Assembly (NCBI GenBank): GCA_017512745.1
Contig: JAFWEV010000026.1
Span: 11,377 to 75,376, forward strand
DNA from: Oscillospiraceae bacterium
Lineage (GTDB): Bacteria > Bacillota > Clostridia > Oscillospirales > Ruminococcaceae
Length of the DNA stretch: 64,000 bases
Reading direction: 5' to 3'
Made by a program: the position numbers and the translations under genes. Positions 29,462 to 38,603 of this stretch are shown one piece after another. How positions within the stretch are numbered: the first letter of the stretch is position 1; every line of letters begins with the position of its first letter. The notes under the pieces are model-generated. The model did no database searches, was not told where the DNA came from, and was given only the letters and a program-made list of their open reading frames with translations.

Positions 29462-30940
29462 ATGAATGAGAATAAATCAAAAATTGGGTTATTAGACAGG
29501 ATAAGACTGGGATTGGCCGCCAACACGAAGGTGAAGTTCGGCACGATCACGGCTGTTATAATTCTGGTCGCATTCATTCTGTTTGTCGGGATCAATCTGG
29601 TGTTCAAGATCCTTGATGTCACTGTCGGAATGGATATAGACATGACAACTCAGAAGCTGTATTCCATCGATCCTACGGCAAAGGAATTCCTTCAGTCACT
29701 GGATAAGGAAGTGACAATAACGGTTATTCAGGAAGAATCCGGATTTGATGTCAGGACGGTGCAGGCGCTGAATAATTATGACGTAATCTCGCCGAACATT
29801 ACCTATCAGTATGTTAACCTTGAACTTAATCCAAGCTATGCCAATTTTCTGAAGAACGAGGATCTCAAGGATTCTTCCATCATCGTGCAGTGCGGTAACA
29901 GATATCGGATAGTGGACGAATCCGAAATGTTCTACACGGGAACCGGAGCAAAGATACTCGGACTGAGGATAGATCAGAAACTGTGTTCTGCCATCAATTA
30001 TGTCACCAGTGATGAGGTATCTTATCTTGCTGTCATCTCCGGACATGGAGAACAGGTAACCAATGAGCTGAATGAGATATGCGGGACTACCAACAAGACA
30101 GTGGTCACGGTATCGCTTCTGACCGACAATCTTCCTGAAGATACGGACACGGTTATCATCTCAGAACCGACAGTTGACTATACTCCTGCGGAGATAAAGA
30201 AGCTTGAGGATTATATGCTGAAAGGTCAGAAAACCATAGTAGTTTTCATGGATGCGCAGGTCGGAGAGCTTCCGGTGCTCGAAGAATATCTCTCTGAATG
30301 GGGACTGAATCTTCAGAATGACATTGTTGTTGATACCGATCACTATTGGGGCGGCAATGAGACATATCTGCTTGCCGGATACGATAAGGCCACTACCGTC
30401 GGGAAGTCCGCCCTTGAAGAGAATCTCAACCTGGCAATACCGCTTGCAAGATCAATAGAGATCGACAGCTCAGACAATAATCTTTCCAACTGCACGCAGT
30501 TTGCGATCATCAAATCGTTCGGGTCTGCGTATTCAAAGGCAATAAACGGTGATCTTAGTGATACGGTCAAATCCATCGGTAAAGAACCGGGTGACAAAGA
30601 GGGAACATTTATTCTTGGAGCGGGCAGCACGAAACTCTTCTCGAAAGTGGAAGGTCAGAATATCGAGAGCACTCTGATCGTATACGGATCGGCAGCAATG
30701 CTGAGTGATTCAATGCTGACATCTTCCGTGCTCGGAAACAGGACCGTAGTTCTGGACTCTCTTCTGTATCACTCGCAGAAACTGGATATGATGAATATCC
30801 CGATTGTCGCCATAAAGGATTATTCGATCAACATTGATTCCGCATCAGCAAATATCGTGAGGATAGTTCTGATGTATGCGATCCCGCTTATCATACTTGT
30901 TTACGGCGGATATATTTGGATCTCCAGGAAAAAAAGATGA
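29462..30940 (+). CDS. GldG-like ABC-transport auxiliary component
   Basis: It has N- and C-terminal TM anchors flanking a large extracytoplasmic domain. Its position after GldA/GldF-like genes is typical of the family. Confidence 0.6.
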   Translation: MNENKSKIGLLDRIRLGLAANTKVKFGTITAVIILVAFILFVGINLVFKILDVTVGMDIDMTTQKLYSIDPTAKEFLQSLDKEVTITVIQEESGFDVRTVQALNNYDVISPNITYQYVNLELNPSYANFLKNEDLKDSSIIVQCGNRYRIVDESEMFYTGTGAKILGLRIDQKLCSAINYVTSDEVSYLAVISGHGEQVTNELNEICGTTNKTVVTVSLLTDNLPEDTDTVIISEPTVDYTPAEIKKLEDYMLKGQKTIVVFMDAQVGELPVLEEYLSEWGLNLQNDIVVDTDHYWGGNETYLLAGYDKATTVGKSALEENLNLAIPLARSIEIDSSDNNLSNCTQFAIIKSFGSAYSKAINGDLSDTVKSIGKEPGDKEGTFILGAGSTKLFSKVEGQNIESTLIVYGSAAMLSDSMLTSSVLGNRTVVLDSLLYHSQKLDMMNIPIVAIKDYSINIDSASANIVRIVLMYAIPLIILVYGGYIWISRKKR

Positions 30941-32340
30941 CGAAAAGCACAAAAAAACTGATTCTGATGATCGTTGCGCTTCTTGTAGTGGCGGCGGCTA
31001 CTGTAGCTGTTGTACTTATCGTTCGCAATAAGCAGCAGCCGGCAGATGATACTCCGGGGAGCATCACTACATATGAAGTGCTTAATACGGATGTCTCAGA
31101 AGTTGAGTTTATAGAGATCATCAATTCTGCGGGAGACACCTACATAATCCGCAATAACGGCGGATATGACGGGGTGATCGACGGGATAGACGAAGAGGTC
31201 CCGCTTTCTGCCATAACATACTCGGGGTTTGTCTCAAGATTTACCAGCATCAAGAGCTATCATGAACCTATACCTGTGACTGCTGAATCGGACATGGGAG
31301 AATACGGACTCAAAGACCCGTATGGTACAGTTGTGCTTCATAAGAAAGACGGATCGGAGATAAGACTGCTGATCGGTGAGCAGACTGTAAAAAAGAACGG
31401 ATATTACCTGTGGGAAGAGGGCTCCGGCAATCTGTACATTGTAGAAAACATGTATCACACTTCAATGGATTATGATGGTCAGTCCTTTATCGATAGACAG
31501 CTTGAAATCGTGGATCAGTCGAGGATATTTACGGTAAGACAGCTTTCTATAGTGAATAATGTGGACCCGAACAGATCGTTTACGATACAGCTGAAAGATG
31601 ATTCTGTTGAAGATCTGTCGATATATCAGTATGAAGTGGTGAGTCCGGAATACTTTGACGCAGATGACAATAAGATATATGAAAATATTTTTACATATCT
31701 GAACCCGCTTACAGCGGAGGGCATATACACGCTGGATGTATCCGAAGAAAACCTCAGAGCACTCGGGTTGTATGAACCGCAATACATCCTCGAGTACATA
31801 AACAACAGCCTGAAGACGACCATATATTTCGCCAGAACTGAAGACGGGACGCCCGTTGCGATGTATCCCGGAGGAAAGGTCGTATACAAGCTCGGGGATT
31901 CTTCTGTGCATTTCCTTGATATCGGCCTGTCTGACGTCGTCAGCGCGTTTATTGTTCTCCAGGATATCGATGATCTCAAAGCATTGAGTGCGGTCATTGG
32001 GAATGGAGAAGAAATGACCTTCGAGCTGCCGGATACGGAAGGTGATCACGAGGTCAGGGTCAACGGCAGTGAAAAAACCATTGATATTGAGGACTTCAGA
32101 AATCTGTATTCTCTTGCGATCTCCATAAAGATCATGAACGACGCACGCGAGGACGAGCAGAGTGGAGAAAGGATCATGGAGATAAAGTATGTGTGCGCGG
32201 ATGATTCCGAACATGTAGTGGATTTCTATGAGGTTGACGGAAGATATGCGTACGTCACTCTGAACGGGAACGGCAGATTTACAGTCAAACTTTCTGATGT
32301 TGAGGCATTTCAGGCAAAACTTGAGGAACTCATACGGTAA
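30937..32340 (+). CDS. DUF4340-like membrane-anchored protein
   Basis: It has a single N-terminal TM helix (LILMIVALLVVAAATVAVVLIV) and a large beta-rich ectodomain. The start overlaps by 4 nt (ATGA). DUF4340 commonly follows GldG-like genes. Confidence 0.5.
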   Translation: MTKSTKKLILMIVALLVVAAATVAVVLIVRNKQQPADDTPGSITTYEVLNTDVSEVEFIEIINSAGDTYIIRNNGGYDGVIDGIDEEVPLSAITYSGFVSRFTSIKSYHEPIPVTAESDMGEYGLKDPYGTVVLHKKDGSEIRLLIGEQTVKKNGYYLWEEGSGNLYIVENMYHTSMDYDGQSFIDRQLEIVDQSRIFTVRQLSIVNNVDPNRSFTIQLKDDSVEDLSIYQYEVVSPEYFDADDNKIYENIFTYLNPLTAEGIYTLDVSEENLRALGLYEPQYILEYINNSLKTTIYFARTEDGTPVAMYPGGKVVYKLGDSSVHFLDIGLSDVVSAFIVLQDIDDLKALSAVIGNGEEMTFELPDTEGDHEVRVNGSEKTIDIEDFRNLYSLAISIKIMNDAREDEQSGERIMEIKYVCADDSEHVVDFYEVDGRYAYVTLNGNGRFTVKLSDVEAFQAKLEELIR

Positions 32341-32402
32341 TGTTGGTAATTCGGCCGAAAGGCCGGTCCATATAACAAAACTGAATGCAGAGGTGATTAG
32401 AA

Positions 32403-33395
32403 ATGAGCAGACTTGTTACTATTTTTACTGGACAGTGGGCAGATCTGGACTTTGAGACAATGTGTCAGAAGGCCAAGGAAATGGGCTACGAAGGACTGGA
32501 GATCGCGTGCTGGGGCAATCAGCTGGATCCGGAGAAGGCAGCAAAAGATGATGAATATGTTGCCTGGATCAAAGCTACACTGGATAAATACGGTTTGCAG
32601 TGCCGTGCTATCGGCGCTCATATCATCGGCCAGTGCGTAGGTGATGATCCCGATCCTCGTCTTGACAATTTTGCTCCGTCTGCCCTCGCAGGAAAGCCCG
32701 ATGAGATCAGAGCATGGGCGATCCAGCAGATGAAATACTGCGCGATCGCAGCAAAGAAGCTCGGAGCTTATGTGGTGACCGGATTCACAGGATCCCCGAT
32801 CTGGAAATACCTGTATTCGTTCCCACAGACGACAGAGGATATGGTCGAAGCAGGTTTTGACCGCATTGTTGAGCTTTGGAGCCCGATCCTTGATGTATTC
32901 AAGGAAAACGGGATCAAGTTCGCACATGAGGTCCATCCGGCTGAGATAGCATTCGATTACTACTCTACGAAGAAACTCCTTGAGAAATTCAAAGACAGAC
33001 CCGAATTCGGACTCAATTTTGATCCGAGCCATCTTATATGGCAGGGTATCACCCCTCACATCTTCCTTGAGGACTTCATTGACAGAGTCTATCATGTGCA
33101 CATCAAGGATGCAGCGGTTACTCTCAACGGAAAGAACGGAATACTCGGATCACATATCGACTTTGGCGATCTGAGACGCGGATGGAACTTCCGTTCTCCC
33201 GGACATGGTGATGTCAACTTTGAGGAGATCATCAGAGTACTCAATGCCTACAATTATCAGGGACCGCTTTCTGTGGAATGGGAAGACAGCGGAATGGACC
33301 GTGAATACGGCGGAAAAGAAGCTGCAGCTTTTGTTAAGAAGATCGATTTTGCACCGTCTAATGTAAAATTCGACGAAGCGTTGAAATCTGACTGA
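32403..33395 (+). CDS. Xylose-isomerase-like TIM-barrel protein (sugar phosphate isomerase/epimerase family)
   Basis: Contains GYEGLEIACWG..., HEVHPAEIAF, HVHIKD and SVEWED motifs of the fold. Confidence 0.8.
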   Translation: MSRLVTIFTGQWADLDFETMCQKAKEMGYEGLEIACWGNQLDPEKAAKDDEYVAWIKATLDKYGLQCRAIGAHIIGQCVGDDPDPRLDNFAPSALAGKPDEIRAWAIQQMKYCAIAAKKLGAYVVTGFTGSPIWKYLYSFPQTTEDMVEAGFDRIVELWSPILDVFKENGIKFAHEVHPAEIAFDYYSTKKLLEKFKDRPEFGLNFDPSHLIWQGITPHIFLEDFIDRVYHVHIKDAAVTLNGKNGILGSHIDFGDLRRGWNFRSPGHGDVNFEEIIRVLNAYNYQGPLSVEWEDSGMDREYGGKEAAAFVKKIDFAPSNVKFDEALKSD

Positions 33396-33411
33396 TTTGG
33401 AGGACACTATT

Positions 33412-34551
33412 ATGGCAAGAGACTTTTTAAGGTATGGAATGGTAGGAGGACTCGGCTTCATAGGAGCGGTCCACAGAGCGGCAAACAGATTTGATTTTAA
33501 AACGGAACTTGTGGCGGGATGTTTTTCAAGAAGCGAAGAGAAGAACAAAGAAGCCGCGGATACATTCAATGTAGAGAGAGTCTATTCCGATTATAAGGAA
33601 ATGGCCAGAAAAGAGGCCGAACTCGAAGACGGGATCGATTTCGTATCAGTGGTCACACCTAATGTCGCCCACTATGAGATATGCAAGGAATTCCTGCTCA
33701 ACGGAATAAACGTTGTCTGCGAGAAGCCCCTCTGCTTCACGATCGAACAGGCTAAGGAGCTCAAGAAGATAGCCGAAGAGAAGGATCTTATGTTCGGCGT
33801 TACATACACATACATGGGATATCCGATGGTCAAACTCGCTAAGCAGATGGTCGAGGAAGGCAAAATAGGTAAAATCATCAATGTTAATGCCGAATATCCG
33901 CAGGAATGGCTCATAGATGCTCTCAACGGCGATTCCTCTACGACAGCCAAACTGTCAGGATGGAGATCTGATCCGGCAGTGGCAGGAGCAGCTAACTGCA
34001 TAGGAGATATCGGAACGCACATAGAAAATGTAGTCGCCTATGTCACGGGACTCAAGATAAAGAGAGTCGCAGCAGCAGTTGACTATTTCGGACAGGACCT
34101 CGATCTCAACGCCAACATTCTTGTAGAGTACGATAACGGTGCAAGAGGAGTTTACTGGTGCTCACAGGTGAGCATGGGTCATTATAATGATCTGGTATTC
34201 AGGATCTTTGGAACCAACGGTTCCATTGAATGGCATCAGGAGAATCCGGAATATCTCAAAGTATGCCTCCGCAATAAGCCGATGGAATACTATTACAGAG
34301 GAACAGGCAACATCTACGGAAATGCACTTGCTAATCAGCGCGTTCCCAGCGGTCATGTCGAAGGCTTCCATGTGGCATTTGCCAACATTTACAGAGCATA
34401 TGGCAAAGCACTCCTGAAGAAGATGAACGGCGAAGAACTGACAAAAGAAGATATGGATTTCCCGACCGTCGACGACGGGCTTGAAGGAGTCAAGTTCATC
34501 ACGGCGTGCGTTGAATCCGGCAAGAAAGACTCTGAGTGGGTAACGTTATGA
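33412..34551 (+). CDS. Gfo/Idh/MocA-family oxidoreductase
   Basis: GGAGGA lies upstream of the ATG at 33412. Contains YGMVGGLGFIGAVH and VVCEKP. Confidence 0.85.
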   Translation: MARDFLRYGMVGGLGFIGAVHRAANRFDFKTELVAGCFSRSEEKNKEAADTFNVERVYSDYKEMARKEAELEDGIDFVSVVTPNVAHYEICKEFLLNGINVVCEKPLCFTIEQAKELKKIAEEKDLMFGVTYTYMGYPMVKLAKQMVEEGKIGKIINVNAEYPQEWLIDALNGDSSTTAKLSGWRSDPAVAGAANCIGDIGTHIENVVAYVTGLKIKRVAAAVDYFGQDLDLNANILVEYDNGARGVYWCSQVSMGHYNDLVFRIFGTNGSIEWHQENPEYLKVCLRNKPMEYYYRGTGNIYGNALANQRVPSGHVEGFHVAFANIYRAYGKALLKKMNGEELTKEDMDFPTVDDGLEGVKFITACVESGKKDSEWVTL

Positions 34552-35339
34552 GTAAAAAGGCATCATCAAAGAAAAAAGCAATGATCTACTGGGGCGGATG
34601 GCCTGGACATGATCCTGAGCTGGTTGCTCACAGGTTTGAGAGAATATTGAAGAATGAGAATTTTGACGTAGATGTATTTGAAGGACTCGATATTCTTGAC
34701 GATTACGAGAAACTCACGACATATGACCTGATCGTTCCCGAATTTACGCAGGGATCTCTTCCGAACTGTGATCAGAAAGAGCTCAATCTCGAGAATGCAG
34801 TAGGGCAGGGAGTAGGTCTTGCAGGTTGCCACGGCGGAATGTGCGATTCTTTCAGGGAATGCGTTCAGTATCAGTTTATGACAGGCAGCCAGTGGGTTGC
34901 CCACCCGGGCATGGACGGAATCGACTACATGGTCAATATCCTCAAGACGGATGATCCGCTTCTCGAGGGCATAGAGGACTTCATGGTCTCCTCTGAACAG
35001 TACTATCTGCACGTCGATCCCGCAGTCAAGGTTCTGGCAACCACCAGATTCCCGATAGTCTGGGAATACAATATCACGAATCCGCCGGTGGATATGCCTG
35101 TCGTTTATACGAAGATGTGGGGGCTCGGAAGAGTATTCTACAGTTCTCTCGGACATCATGACGATGTATTTGACAAAGCTCCTTCATCCGAAGAGATAAT
35201 GCGCAGAGGCTTTCTCTGGGCGGCTCAGAGCAAAGAAATAGCGGAAAAAGCCGGAAAGAAATTCCCGTTCTCACATGGACCCCAGGGCACGTTTGGTGCA
35301 GCAAGGACATATCTGACAAGCGAGGATTATGAGTTATGA
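34548..35339 (+). CDS. ThuA-domain protein, tandem copy 1
   Basis: Shows the ThuA-like pattern GLAGCHGG...FMTGSQWVAHPG...EQYYLHVDP. The start overlaps the upstream stop by 4 nt (ATGA). Confidence 0.65.
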   Translation: MSKKASSKKKAMIYWGGWPGHDPELVAHRFERILKNENFDVDVFEGLDILDDYEKLTTYDLIVPEFTQGSLPNCDQKELNLENAVGQGVGLAGCHGGMCDSFRECVQYQFMTGSQWVAHPGMDGIDYMVNILKTDDPLLEGIEDFMVSSEQYYLHVDPAVKVLATTRFPIVWEYNITNPPVDMPVVYTKMWGLGRVFYSSLGHHDDVFDKAPSSEEIMRRGFLWAAQSKEIAEKAGKKFPFSHGPQGTFGAARTYLTSEDYEL

Positions 35340-36091
35340 AAAAGGCTATGATTTATTGGGGCGGATGGCCCGGACATGACCCCGAACTTGTCGCAAACAG
35401 ATTTGCGAAGATCCTTGAGAACGAGAACTTTGAAGTCGACGTATTCGAAGGACTTGACGTTCTTGACGATTACGAAAAGCTGATGAGCTATGATCTGATC
35501 GTGCCGGAATACACACAGGGATCTCTCCCGAACGGCGACCAGAAAGAGCTCAATCTCGTCAACGCGGTCGGCCAGGGTGTAGGTCTTGCGGGCTGTCACG
35601 GCGGTATGTGTGACTCATTCAGACAGTGTGTTCTGTACCAGTTTATGACCGGCAGTCAGTGGATTGCTCACCCCGGCATGGATGGCATCGACTATATGGT
35701 CAATATCAAGAAGACCGACGACCCGCTTCTTGAAGGCATCGAGGATTTCATGGTCTCTTCTGAACAGTATTATCTGCACGTCGACCCTGCGGTAAATGTT
35801 CTTGCAACGACGACATTCCCACTCGTTTGGGAATATAATGTCACAAATCCGCCGACGGAAGTTCCGGTAGTCTACACAAAGATGTGGGGACTAGGAAGAG
35901 TGTTCTACAGCTCACTCGGTCATCACGATGATGTTTTTGACAAATATCCTTCATCATCTGAGATCATGAGAAGGGGATTCATCTGGGCGGCTCAGAGCAA
36001 GGAGATCGCACAGAAAGCCGGAAAGAAATTCCCGTTCTCACACGGACCGGCGGGAACTCACGGCGCCGCAAGAAATCTTCTCAAATACTGA
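35336..36091 (+). CDS. ThuA-domain protein, tandem copy 2
   Basis: Well over 80 percent identical to copy 1 by eye. The start overlaps by 4 nt (ATGA). Confidence 0.65.
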   Translation: MKKAMIYWGGWPGHDPELVANRFAKILENENFEVDVFEGLDVLDDYEKLMSYDLIVPEYTQGSLPNGDQKELNLVNAVGQGVGLAGCHGGMCDSFRQCVLYQFMTGSQWIAHPGMDGIDYMVNIKKTDDPLLEGIEDFMVSSEQYYLHVDPAVNVLATTTFPLVWEYNVTNPPTEVPVVYTKMWGLGRVFYSSLGHHDDVFDKYPSSSEIMRRGFIWAAQSKEIAQKAGKKFPFSHGPAGTHGAARNLLKY

Positions 36092-36101
36092 TTGATTTAA
36101 A

Positions 36102-36140
36102 CCCGGGCGGGACCATCCGCCCGGGGATCAGTTCTTTTTT
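36102..36140 (+). terminator. Rho-independent terminator
   Basis: A GC-rich stem CCCGGGCGG / CCGCCCGGG is followed, after a short spacer, by TTCTTTTTT. Confidence 0.7.
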
Positions 36141-36168
36141 GAAATATATTCTGAATGAGAGGTTTTAT

Positions 36169-36813
36169 ATGGAGATTTTATCGGTTTATTCAGCGGAATT
36201 TAAAAGGTATGGAAAGGTCCTGGATGAATTTCCGACCGCGGAACTCGTAGAAGCGATGAGCAAGACTCCTGTGACGGATCACGTGGAGTATGTACCGGTC
36301 GATGAGAATATCCAGAAACTACCGATCACGGAAGTCGTCAGCCGCAATCTGTACGGCGGCATGCCTGTAGAGATGGGATGGTGCAACGGGCATAATACCA
36401 AGATGAACTGCCTCGAGTATCACAGGGACAGCGAATTCAACATGGGCGCTACAGAGTATATACTCCTGGTTGCCAGGATCGATGATATTGAGGACGGCAA
36501 GTTGGATTCCTCTAAGGTGAAGGCGTTTAAAGCTCCTGCAGGGGTCATGATCGAAACATATGCAACAACACTGCATTTTGCTCCCTGTCATGTCCATGAG
36601 GAAACGGGCTTCCAGGTCCTGATAGTGCTTCCGTACGGCACCAATTTTGACAAACCGGAGATAGAGAGACTGACATGGGAAGATGATCTTCTATTTGCCC
36701 AGAACAAATGGCTTATAGCTCATGCAGATGCTGCTGAAGCACAGCAAGGCGCGTATGTCGGAATCACAGGAGAAAATGTGGATATATCAGATTTATTAAA
36801 GGAGATCGAATAG
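36169..36813 (+). CDS. DUF4867-family protein
   Basis: GAGAGG lies upstream of the ATG at 36169. The sequence recalls DUF4867 proteins that usually neighbour FucI-like isomerases (from memory). Confidence 0.5.
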   Translation: MEILSVYSAEFKRYGKVLDEFPTAELVEAMSKTPVTDHVEYVPVDENIQKLPITEVVSRNLYGGMPVEMGWCNGHNTKMNCLEYHRDSEFNMGATEYILLVARIDDIEDGKLDSSKVKAFKAPAGVMIETYATTLHFAPCHVHEETGFQVLIVLPYGTNFDKPEIERLTWEDDLLFAQNKWLIAHADAAEAQQGAYVGITGENVDISDLLKEIE

Positions 36814-38291
36814 TGTTCAGCAAAAATATTCCGGACGTCAAGCTGGGATTGGTCGCTGTTTCGAGAGACTGCTTCCCGATAGCTCTTTCCGAAGCGCGCA
36901 GAAAAGCACTTGTAGAAACTTATAACGGTGAGATATATGAGTGCCCTGTGACGGTTGAAAATGAAAAAGACGCCGTCAGAGCAGTGGAGGATATCAGAAA
37001 AAACGATGTCAATGCGCTTATCGTGTTTCTGGGCAATTTCGGTCCCGAGACGCCTGAGACCATCATAACCCGGATGTTCGGCGGCCCCGTAATGTATATT
37101 GCTGCCGCGGAGGGAGACGGAGACCTTATAAACGGCAGAGGTGATGCATATTGCGGACTTCTGAACTGCTCATACAATCTCGGTATGAGACATTTGTCTG
37201 CATTTATTCCGGACCATGCTGTCATAACGGCAGATGAGTTTACCGGTGCGGTGAATGATTTTGTTCCGCTTGCGAGAGCTGTTATAGGAATCAAAGATCT
37301 TAAGATCATCACATTCGGACCGAGACCGCAGGACTTCTTTGCCTGCAATGCCCCGATCAAAGGCTTATATGAACTCGGCGTGGAAGTTGAAGAAAACAGT
37401 GAGCTGGATCTCCTGGTCAGCTTCAGAGAGCATGCAGAAGATCCGAGGATCGACGATGTATGCAAGGATATGGCTGAGGAGATGGGAGAGGGTAAATATT
37501 ATCCCGATCTTCTCAAGAAACTTGCACAGTTTGAACTCACGCTACTGGACTGGGCAGAAAATCATAAGGGTGCAAGAAAATATGTTGCTTTTGCGGACAA
37601 GTGCTGGCCGGCATTCCCAACGGAATTTGGATTTGAGCCCTGCTACGTCAATTCGAGGCTCGCTTCAAGAGGCATACCGGTAGCTTGCGAAGTCGACATC
37701 TACGGTGCTCTTAGCGAATACATCGGCGCATGCATAAATGAGGATGCTGTGACGTTGCTCGATATCAACAATACCGTTCCGAAGTATATTTATGATGAGG
37801 ACATCAAAGGCAGATTCGATTATAAAGCTACGGATCTGTTCATGGGATTCCACTGCGGAAATACCCCGTCATGCAAGATGTGTGAGGACAGGGCTGTCAA
37901 ATATCAGCTGATCCAGAACAGACTTCTCGAAGATGGCGGAACACCGGATTTCACAAGAGGAACCCTTGAAGGAGATATCGCTGCCGGAGAGATCACGTTC
38001 TACAGACTCCAGTGCGACAGCACCGGAACACTGAGAGCCTATGTTGCCGAGGGAGAAGTCCTTCCGGTGCCCACCAGAAGCTTTGGCGGAATCGGCATAT
38101 TCGCGATCAGCGAGATGGAGAGGTTCTACAGGAACGTTCTCGTGGAGAAGCGCTATCCGCATCATGGCGCTGTTGCGTTCTCCCATTGCGGAAAAGTATT
38201 GTTCAATCTCTTTAAATATCTCGGCATAGCTGATATTGAGTATAACAGACCGGTAGGCATGCTCTATCCAAAAGAGAATCCGTTTGTGTAA
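36813..38291 (+). CDS. L-fucose/L-arabinose isomerase-family protein
   Basis: About 490 aa with the N-terminal KLGLVAVSRDCFP pattern and GFHCGNTP. The GTG start overlaps the previous stop by 1 nt. Confidence 0.65.
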   Translation: MFSKNIPDVKLGLVAVSRDCFPIALSEARRKALVETYNGEIYECPVTVENEKDAVRAVEDIRKNDVNALIVFLGNFGPETPETIITRMFGGPVMYIAAAEGDGDLINGRGDAYCGLLNCSYNLGMRHLSAFIPDHAVITADEFTGAVNDFVPLARAVIGIKDLKIITFGPRPQDFFACNAPIKGLYELGVEVEENSELDLLVSFREHAEDPRIDDVCKDMAEEMGEGKYYPDLLKKLAQFELTLLDWAENHKGARKYVAFADKCWPAFPTEFGFEPCYVNSRLASRGIPVACEVDIYGALSEYIGACINEDAVTLLDINNTVPKYIYDEDIKGRFDYKATDLFMGFHCGNTPSCKMCEDRAVKYQLIQNRLLEDGGTPDFTRGTLEGDIAAGEITFYRLQCDSTGTLRAYVAEGEVLPVPTRSFGGIGIFAISEMERFYRNVLVEKRYPHHGAVAFSHCGKVLFNLFKYLGIADIEYNRPVGMLYPKENPFV

Positions 38292-38300
38292 TAGTTGAAT

Positions 38301-38338
38301 AAAACAGCAAGCAGATAAGTTCTGCTTGCTGTTTTATA
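38301..38338 (+). terminator. Rho-independent terminator
   Basis: A 14-bp stem AAAACAGCAAGCAG / CTGCTTGCTGTTTT. Confidence 0.8.
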
Positions 38339-38603
38339 CAAAAATAAATGACATATTTGTATATTGGAATTCATTGTATTCAGTTTCTTTTTTTAATATT
38401 ATTAATGTGTATTGGTATCAATACGTAACAGGCCACAGCAGAATTACTCCACCGAAAGTAATCTGTGCAGGCTGAAAAGAAGGGAGAAAAAAAGTCCGAT
38501 AACTCTCGGTGCGGCATTGGTGGAGACATGCCGTAATGCGTAGCCTTAACCGGAACGTGAGATACAGATTTTGCGGAGGCTGCTGTATCAGAGTTGCAAA
38601 AAG

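Larger units (their letters stand above)
34548..36091 (+). repeat. Tandem duplication of ThuA-domain genes
   Basis: Near-identical collinear protein sequences, for example AMIYWGGWPGHDPELVA and GLGRVFYSSLGHHDDVFDK in both copies. Confidence 0.85.

Noticed and set aside
27791-32340. Reading the GldA/F/G-like genes as a gliding-motility system.
   Set aside because: The genome context is Gram-positive-like, and no other gld or spr genes are present. The family name reflects homology only.
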